Notes under the pieces: model-generated
What the model was told of the DNA's origin: nothing
What the model saw: only the letters and a program-made list of their open reading frames with translations
Database searches by the model: none
Shown here: piece after piece, positions 57,823 to 64,000 of the stretch
How the letters are laid out: each line of letters starts with the position of its first letter
Numbering within the stretch: position 1 is the stretch's first letter
Translations under genes and position numbers: made by a program
Virus record (IMG/VR): IMGVR_UViG_3300034110_001237
Location: 97,698 to 161,697 of that record
Strand: one strand, 5' to 3'
DNA from: a virus
Length of the DNA: 64,000 nucleotides

Positions 57823-58923
57823 TTGTTTAATTTATTTAAGCGTTTTAAATCAAAGCTATACCCTGCTGGTTTCTGGTGTGGTGCTATCTTTGTGAGTAAG
57901 AACAATATTAATGTCGATAGTGGTATTAAAACTATTTATTCTTGTGCTTTTTTTGATTTTAACATTGAGCTTGAATATGATATATATGATTATACGACTA
58001 ACATATTAGGTGTAAGCACAATTTCTTTTAAAAATACCATTATCAACAAAGAAAATCATAATTTAAAATTAACAAAATTGTCGCCTATTGAATATGCTAA
58101 AAAATATTTTAACAATACCATTAAATATATTCAAACACTTAATACAGATTCTTTAACTGTTTCATTACCATTTTTTCAAACAGAAGCATTGAGACAATCA
58201 AAAAGTATTTGTCTCAATTTGGCTTCTATCTACACTTATGGAAGTATTTATAACGTTATGGTTAGGCAAGATGAAACAGCTAGCTATAATTCTTATTTAA
58301 ATAGACACAAAAAACTGCTTTTAAATACTTTTCAAATTATTACTTTTAATAATATGGTATTTAATTATATTTATACAACTGAATATAATCACCTTTCAAA
58401 AATATATAAAAATAGATTTGAACAAATTGAAAAAATTAATATTGAATTAACAATTGTCCTAAAAAACAATCTTTTTACATTACAAGAATATAATTCCAAA
58501 GATCCATCTGTTCTTGTTAATCATGATAAAAATGCTTTCTTGTTATATCAGGTTATTAAATCTGAAAAATACTATTTTGGTTCTCATTTTGAACATGTCG
58601 ATGAGTTATTTAATAATATTTCAATAGGTTTATTCTGGCATGTTGATTTTCAGCATAAGCAAAGCTCCTTACATATTTTAATTTATGATGATGATAAATT
58701 TATTCAAGAATACAACCATTCAATGGAGACTAAATTTAACGATGACTTGTTAGATGTTAATTATTATTCAGGCTATATCAATAATATTGTGGATAAACTA
58801 ATTCATTGTTATTATCCAAGACGAAAAATGATTGAGTTAATGGACAGTGAATCATTGCTTGACACCTTTGATGGAACATTGAATGAAGATGAATATTATT
58901 TATTTAAAATGATTAATATCTAA
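57823..58923 (+). CDS. paralog family D protein (C-terminal M-4 tail)
   Basis: paralog of 58990..60066; ends EDEYYLFKMINI. Confidence 0.8.
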   Translation: MFNLFKRFKSKLYPAGFWCGAIFVSKNNINVDSGIKTIYSCAFFDFNIELEYDIYDYTTNILGVSTISFKNTIINKENHNLKLTKLSPIEYAKKYFNNTIKYIQTLNTDSLTVSLPFFQTEALRQSKSICLNLASIYTYGSIYNVMVRQDETASYNSYLNRHKKLLLNTFQIITFNNMVFNYIYTTEYNHLSKIYKNRFEQIEKINIELTIVLKNNLFTLQEYNSKDPSVLVNHDKNAFLLYQVIKSEKYYFGSHFEHVDELFNNISIGLFWHVDFQHKQSSLHILIYDDDKFIQEYNHSMETKFNDDLLDVNYYSGYINNIVDKLIHCYYPRRKMIELMDSESLLDTFDGTLNEDEYYLFKMINI

Positions 58924-58989
58924 AAAAAACAATGATTTTGACATTTTATTTTAAGTTGGTAGACTTTTTAAAGCATTAAGGAGTCTTCT

Positions 58990-60066
58990 TTGCTTAAACT
59001 AATTAATTTTTTCAAAATAAAACAAAAAAAATCTGGCTTCTATGCTAATGATTTGTTTGTTGATGAGATTAAAACCCCTATTTACGATGGCGTTTCTTGG
59101 TTGTGGACGTGTTCTTTTTCTGGTTTCACTCTTCGATTTGAGTACAACGAATACAATTATACAATCAATGAATTTGGCACATTTACGGTTCTTTATAAAG
59201 AAACAGTTGTCTATCAAGATATACCAAATTTGTCTTTAAATGGTGTACCACTCCTAGTTTACTTAAAAAAATATTTTGAGTCATTGATTGCTCATGTCCA
59301 AAAAATTGATTCTAATCATTTAGATATCATACTTCCATTACTCAAAACAAAAGTCTTTACACATACTAGGACTCTTGAATTGCAATGCTTATTGCAGTAT
59401 CCTACTGGATTTTTTTATAAAGTGCTATTTTCATTGACTGTAGATGCGGATTATAATGCAGTTCTTCGTAGCCATTCTGGCTGGACTGATTTTAAAATTG
59501 TAAGTTATGACAATAAAATATTCAGCTATTTGTATAATGAAGAACATAATTATTCTAATACGACTTTGATTAATCGCCTTCGATTAATAACTCAAGAAAT
59601 CTATTATTTACTTTATGATACTGGTTATACTTTACATCAATACAGAACCACAAATACGGATATTTTTTATGATACTTATTCTCAATCGGTACTTTTGTAT
59701 ACTGTAATAGATTGTAGACCTTCTTATTTCCCATCTGAAACCAAACCAGAATTTTTTAATAACATATCAATTCATCTTTTTTGGCAAGTTAATGAGAACG
59801 AACAATCAACAGAATTGACTATTTTTATTTATAATAAAAATGTATTAATTGAAGAATATAGGCATTCAATGGAAAAAATATTTACAAAGAATACAATTGA
59901 CATTCAGTATTATTTGAGCTTTTTTAATGACACACTAGAAAAATTAGTTCTTTCTTATTTTCCCAGCCGAAAACTTCTTCAATTATTAGAAATTGATCCA
60001 AATGATAATTTCAATGGAAGACTGACCGAAGACCAATATTATTTATTTAAAATGATTCATATTTGA
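58990..60066 (+). CDS. paralog family D protein
   Basis: FNNISI.LFW.V, EY.HSME; ends EDQYYLFKMIHI. Confidence 0.8.
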   Translation: MLKLINFFKIKQKKSGFYANDLFVDEIKTPIYDGVSWLWTCSFSGFTLRFEYNEYNYTINEFGTFTVLYKETVVYQDIPNLSLNGVPLLVYLKKYFESLIAHVQKIDSNHLDIILPLLKTKVFTHTRTLELQCLLQYPTGFFYKVLFSLTVDADYNAVLRSHSGWTDFKIVSYDNKIFSYLYNEEHNYSNTTLINRLRLITQEIYYLLYDTGYTLHQYRTTNTDIFYDTYSQSVLLYTVIDCRPSYFPSETKPEFFNNISIHLFWQVNENEQSTELTIFIYNKNVLIEEYRHSMEKIFTKNTIDIQYYLSFFNDTLEKLVLSYFPSRKLLQLLEIDPNDNFNGRLTEDQYYLFKMIHI

Positions 60067-60194
60067 TATTTTTTTTACATTAATCGTTAACGAGTTAAAC
60101 AACTTTTTCATGTATTTTCTTTAACTTAATTTATTTTTTAATAATTCATGGTAATATATGAGTATTAGCTTATTAAAATAAGGAGTTTTAAGCA

Positions 60195-60575
60195 ATGCCA
60201 GTACAACATATTTCTTCAAATTATTCAGTAGAGGTCACACTTCAACAGTTTACAGACATTGAACATCGTGACAAAGAAGGATCTAACATTCATGTTCGCT
60301 GGTTTGGTCTAAGCACACTTCTTGAAGAAACCCTTAACTTTTACAACATCAAATATAATATTCATTTTGGCACTACTGTCTTTTTTTATGTATTGGTTGA
60401 AGATTTATCTAATGTTCAGTTTGTAGAAGAAGTCATTACTCAATACGCTAACAATATCGCTCTATTAGACATCCTTGAATATGTAGACTCTAAAATAGGA
60501 ATCAAAGAAAATTGTATCTCTCGCCTTGTTGCTGACAATGAATTTCTGGTCGGTTTGAACGAAAGTTTTGATTAA
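60195..60575 (+). CDS. hypothetical protein
   Basis: AAGGAG RBS. Confidence 0.75.
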   Translation: MPVQHISSNYSVEVTLQQFTDIEHRDKEGSNIHVRWFGLSTLLEETLNFYNIKYNIHFGTTVFFYVLVEDLSNVQFVEEVITQYANNIALLDILEYVDSKIGIKENCISRLVADNEFLVGLNESFD

Positions 60576-60585
60576 TATATTCTTC

Positions 60586-60800
60586 TTTACACATTCCTCT
60601 TTTCTTGGTATAATTGCGACATGGAACCAACGATCCACAAGTGGGTGGGCACTCGTCTCCTAGGTTGTAATTACCTGCCGTTCTCAATTTGGTAAAAATT
60701 ATGTTTCAACATGCTGTCCCGCCTTATGCACTCTAATCAGTCGCATAGCAAAGGTAACGAGAACAACTGACCATATATGCATTATTACTTATTGGAGATC
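60586..60800 (+). promoter_or_regulatory. promoter and long structured 5' leader
   Basis: TTTACA-17-TATAAT (60586-60614); ~185-nt GC-richer leader with hairpins before RBS. Confidence 0.45.
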
Positions 60801-60804
60801 GACT

Positions 60805-61191
60805 ATGTTCTATAACTACGCTCAATTTAAAAAAGCTACTAAAATCCTTCGTGAAGAAATGCTCGCTAGCTCGTTCAAGCTGAATGAATTTCGTCTTCGT
60901 TTGGTTCAATTGATGGGTTTTAGCAGTGTAGAAGCCTATGAGGCGACTTTTAATCGTGAAGCCCCAAAGACAATTACGGTTGTCACTATTGGCCCGCAAA
61001 TGAATGTTTCCAAGAAAGATTTTACGGCTAACGATGAAGGAGATAAGAAAGCAGAAGCTTATTTTGTCTCTAAGATTCTTGAAATTGAACCTAATATGGC
61101 CGAAAGTGAAATTGAATGTTTTCTTGAAGATGGCTTCTATGCCAAAGGTCATACTGAATATCAATTCTATATCGTTCATAATGATGATTAA
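60805..61191 (+). CDS. hypothetical protein
   Basis: GGAG RBS. Confidence 0.75.
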   Translation: MFYNYAQFKKATKILREEMLASSFKLNEFRLRLVQLMGFSSVEAYEATFNREAPKTITVVTIGPQMNVSKKDFTANDEGDKKAEAYFVSKILEIEPNMAESEIECFLEDGFYAKGHTEYQFYIVHNDD

Positions 61192-61258
61192 TTAACTACG
61201 ACACACAAAAATGCTTCAAATTAAAAAGAACTGCCTTAAAACAGTTCTTTTTTTGCTT

Positions 61259-62299
61259 TTAAATAAATAGTGCTTCGACAACCAATAATTCATCACCAGA
61301 CAATGGGCCTTCTAATTTCAAGCCTAATTCTTTTCGGGATTTCACACTTACACATTCCTTGCACATTTCAGACAGCCACCATTTACGAATGATATCATTT
61401 TCCATGAAATGAGTTCTTAACATTGCATACATTACAAAGCTTGTTAACATATTAGTCGATTCAATCATGATTATTTTTTGAAATCTTGTATTGTCATGCA
61501 TGATTCTAGAAAACGAAAATTTTGACATATCTGCGTTTACAAGGTTTTTAAAAACTATAATGTTTGTTTTTGGATTGTCTTGATCATATTGGCGAACTTT
61601 AACATAAAAGAATGCTTTATTATTGAAATTTACCTCCATGACACTTTCTTTTTGTTGGGATTCATCGTCTAGGTGTGTTAGCCAGAATGTCTGAGCATTT
61701 TCGAACTCAATATCACTTTCATCAAAATTTAATCCTAATGGGTTCATGCCAGCATCTTGCACTCTGTATAAATGATTACCAATAATTTTAACTAATTTAC
61801 TATCTAGCTGTCCATGATGAGTTAAATGATAAGTATCTTTTAATCTTACGTGTGTATTAATAATGAAATAACCTTTATCATAATTAATATTTTTTAGTTC
61901 ATTGATATAAAAACCTATTCTTGCTAATGCTTTTTTATCCATTTTTTGGTAAGCTGCTAAGTTTTTATTGAATTCAGGTAAAAGGTTAACAACTGACATG
62001 TATTGTTGTCCGTTTGTTGTTTTTTTTGATTCGTAAGTCATTCGATATACCATTAAATCATCAATAAAAATCATGTGTACAATTTTTTCTTGATTGATAA
62101 ACAAACAATCGTTGAATTCTTTTTCATTTTCTTTTGTGAAGATGAGATAAGAGGATCTTGGATTAACCTCACTTTTGACAATCCCGATATCTTGAAGGTA
62201 TGATTCCTTAAAAAAATCTGGCTGCACTTGAACATAACCTACATCATCCAATGTCAGATAATTCGGTTTTATGAGTGCGTTTACAAAGGTGGTTAACAT
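61259..62299 (-). CDS. hypothetical protein, possible divergent family D relative
   Basis: similar length; tail LEGPLSGDELLVVEALFI parallels FDGTLNEDEYYLFKMINI. Confidence 0.75.
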   Translation of the reverse strand: MLTTFVNALIKPNYLTLDDVGYVQVQPDFFKESYLQDIGIVKSEVNPRSSYLIFTKENEKEFNDCLFINQEKIVHMIFIDDLMVYRMTYESKKTTNGQQYMSVVNLLPEFNKNLAAYQKMDKKALARIGFYINELKNINYDKGYFIINTHVRLKDTYHLTHHGQLDSKLVKIIGNHLYRVQDAGMNPLGLNFDESDIEFENAQTFWLTHLDDESQQKESVMEVNFNNKAFFYVKVRQYDQDNPKTNIIVFKNLVNADMSKFSFSRIMHDNTRFQKIIMIESTNMLTSFVMYAMLRTHFMENDIIRKWWLSEMCKECVSVKSRKELGLKLEGPLSGDELLVVEALFI

Positions 62300-62447
62300 A
62301 ATATTCCTCTTTTTTTAAAAATAACCCACATTGTATCAAAAAACCGTTAAATTGTCTATTTCTATTATTTTTTTTTGTGATTGACATTGAACACCTTCTT
62401 TGTGATAATAATTGACTATTTTAAACCAAATAAAAAAGGTGATTACT

Positions 62448-62801
62448 ATGATTTTGAATAAATATGAGTTGGCACAAGCTGGCGACAAAATTACATTTCA
62501 AGTACTTGTTAATATTAAAGACGGATATAATTATCAGTACGGTAAGATCTATTATGGTCATGTTATTAAGAACTACGATTCTGCCACTGATGTCGAGTTT
62601 ATTGGTGATGATGGATCTTTGGTTAAGACCACTGTTGATCATAAACATGATCCAGAAAAAATTGAACTCATTATGAGTGATGATGAGTTTAAGAAACGTA
62701 AAGAAGAATGGCTTGAAAAAGCTATTGAAACAGCTAAAGTTAATGCAGAAGAAGCATTTGTGAAACAGGTTAACTATCTTAAATCTATTGAATTCCGTTA
62801 A
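62448..62801 (+). CDS. hypothetical protein
   Basis: AAGGTG RBS before ATG at 62448. Confidence 0.75.
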   Translation: MILNKYELAQAGDKITFQVLVNIKDGYNYQYGKIYYGHVIKNYDSATDVEFIGDDGSLVKTTVDHKHDPEKIELIMSDDEFKKRKEEWLEKAIETAKVNAEEAFVKQVNYLKSIEFR

Positions 62802-62876
62802 TTAAAATTAGTGTTGACCTCATTTTGTCATTTTGGTATAATCAAGTTGTCAAAATAATTTAATGAGGTTATCACA

Positions 62877-63251
62877 ATGCCTTCAAAAATTACGGTCAAT
62901 CCTGTTTACAGCAGCAAAAAAGAAGCCGAAATTGTTAAATTATGCAAATACCATTTTATTGACCGATTGAACTTCTCAGGTGTTCAATATGACGCCATTC
63001 TCTTTGTTTCTACTGTCTTGAACGAAGGCATTAAACGTCTAGACACATCCATCACTGTCCACTTGTCACTTCCTGAACACTGCAAACCGACTTCATTTGA
63101 TATCTCCACGATTGAAACGTATTCAAAAGAATTCTTACACCATTTGAAAGAACGTCAGGTATCAGGTATGTTGTTTGACTATATTCAGGGACTGATTAAT
63201 TCAGCTATTTCAGCTCTCGATAAGACATTGATTATTAAAATTAAACCTTGA
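62877..63251 (+). CDS. hypothetical protein
   Basis: TTGACC..TATAAT promoter, GAGG RBS. Confidence 0.75.
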   Translation: MPSKITVNPVYSSKKEAEIVKLCKYHFIDRLNFSGVQYDAILFVSTVLNEGIKRLDTSITVHLSLPEHCKPTSFDISTIETYSKEFLHHLKERQVSGMLFDYIQGLINSAISALDKTLIIKIKP

Positions 63252-63298
63252 ATTAAACCTCGTTTTAAGGTATAATCCGTTTATTTGGAGAATACCTT

Positions 63299-63568
63299 AT
63301 GCGAACATCAAACCTTGTTGAATTTACCGAACTTCTTGAACATGCTGAAACTCTCGGCCATGACTGGAACGACGCTTGTACCTTTCTTGATGATTTTCGC
63401 CCCAAGGACGAAGCTAACATTTTCTCCTTGAAGCTCAATCAGTTGAATAAAAAAGAAGGCACACCAGAATTCGACAATATTATGGATGTTGAATATCCAG
63501 ATAAAGTGAATCAAGTCCTAACCAGTTTCTTCCAAAAACATGCGGTCGTTGACATTGATATTTATTGA
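63299..63568 (+). CDS. hypothetical acidic protein
   Basis: GGTATAAT promoter, GGAG RBS. Confidence 0.75.
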   Translation: MRTSNLVEFTELLEHAETLGHDWNDACTFLDDFRPKDEANIFSLKLNQLNKKEGTPEFDNIMDVEYPDKVNQVLTSFFQKHAVVDIDIY

Positions 63569-63580
63569 GAGCAAATAACA

Positions 63581-64000
63581 ATGGAAAAGACAACTCGATT
63601 TTACAACCGGCAAGTGGCTGAAAGCTTATCTACACCGCATCACATCATCAGTATTGGCGAACAAGGTGATGGTTGGAAGCTTCAAAACTGCCATACCCAT
63701 GTACTTCGTTTGTTGTTTGATGATGTTGAAGAATTTCTGGATGATGGCTACTCGATGTTTTCAAATGACCAGGCTCAAGCCATTCTTGACTGGCTCGCTA
63801 CTATTCCTGATGATTCGCTGGTGATTGTTCATTGCGAGGGTGGTGTGGCTCGTTCTGCCGCTGTAGTTAAATTCATGGTAGACAAGTTAGGTTACGAATT
63901 TGAAGCTGACTGCTATTGTAAAGGCAATTACTCATTGATGAATCTCTTGGTTTATGATACACTAGTAACTCAATATGAGTCTATGGAGAAATCACCTTGA
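63581..64000 (+). CDS. Cys-dependent protein tyrosine/dual-specificity phosphatase-like protein
   Basis: IISI, LRLLFDD, VHCEGGVARSAAV (HCx5R). Confidence 0.85.
   Translation: MEKTTRFYNRQVAESLSTPHHIISIGEQGDGWKLQNCHTHVLRLLFDDVEEFLDDGYSMFSNDQAQAILDWLATIPDDSLVIVHCEGGVARSAAVVKFMVDKLGYEFEADCYCKGNYSLMNLLVYDTLVTQYESMEKSP

Noticed and set aside
1-64000. CRISPR array
   Set aside because: No run of identical repeats with regular unique spacers; the repeats found are paralog junctions, terminators or structured RNAs.
1-64000. Stop-codon reassignment
   Set aside because: Known genes are full length under the standard code, and TAA, TAG and TGA all end genes at sensible positions.

Overview
AT-rich, gene-dense window dominated by short hypothetical ORFs, mostly on the + strand. 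Many genes sit in their own sigma70-type promoter / intrinsic terminator cassette. No capsid, tail, replication or conjugation genes are recognisable, so the source cannot be fixed. It reads as the accessory region of a very large mobile element (jumbo phage or megaplasmid), and the RRF suggests a gammaproteobacterial, Pseudomonas-like host. Recognisable genes: tRNA-Cys(GCA), trpS, frr, a Sir2/CobB deacylase, a CDF metal exporter, an orphan NPPF-type DNA methyltransferase, a class I SAM methyltransferase, HNH, PRTase-like, NADAR-like and Cys-phosphatase proteins, trypsin-like lipoproteins and LTXXQ (Spy/CpxP-like) proteins. The most unusual signals are: (1) 18 proteins from four otherwise dissimilar paralog families share one C-terminal tail with Met exactly 4 residues from the end; (2) a 1.7 kb non-coding RNA island (15.4-17.1 kb) holds a duplicated ~170-nt structured RNA with compensatory base changes and three tRNA-like RNAs whose anticodon arm is expanded or deleted, with a fourth at 6.8 kb; (3) a 6-codon uORF plus terminator lies in front of frr and looks like a ribosome-recycling-sensing attenuator; (4) five secreted proteins share an N-terminal 'A(D/E/G)Y..I.F' motif. 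All RNA structures were folded by eye and all family assignments come from motif recognition, not database searches.
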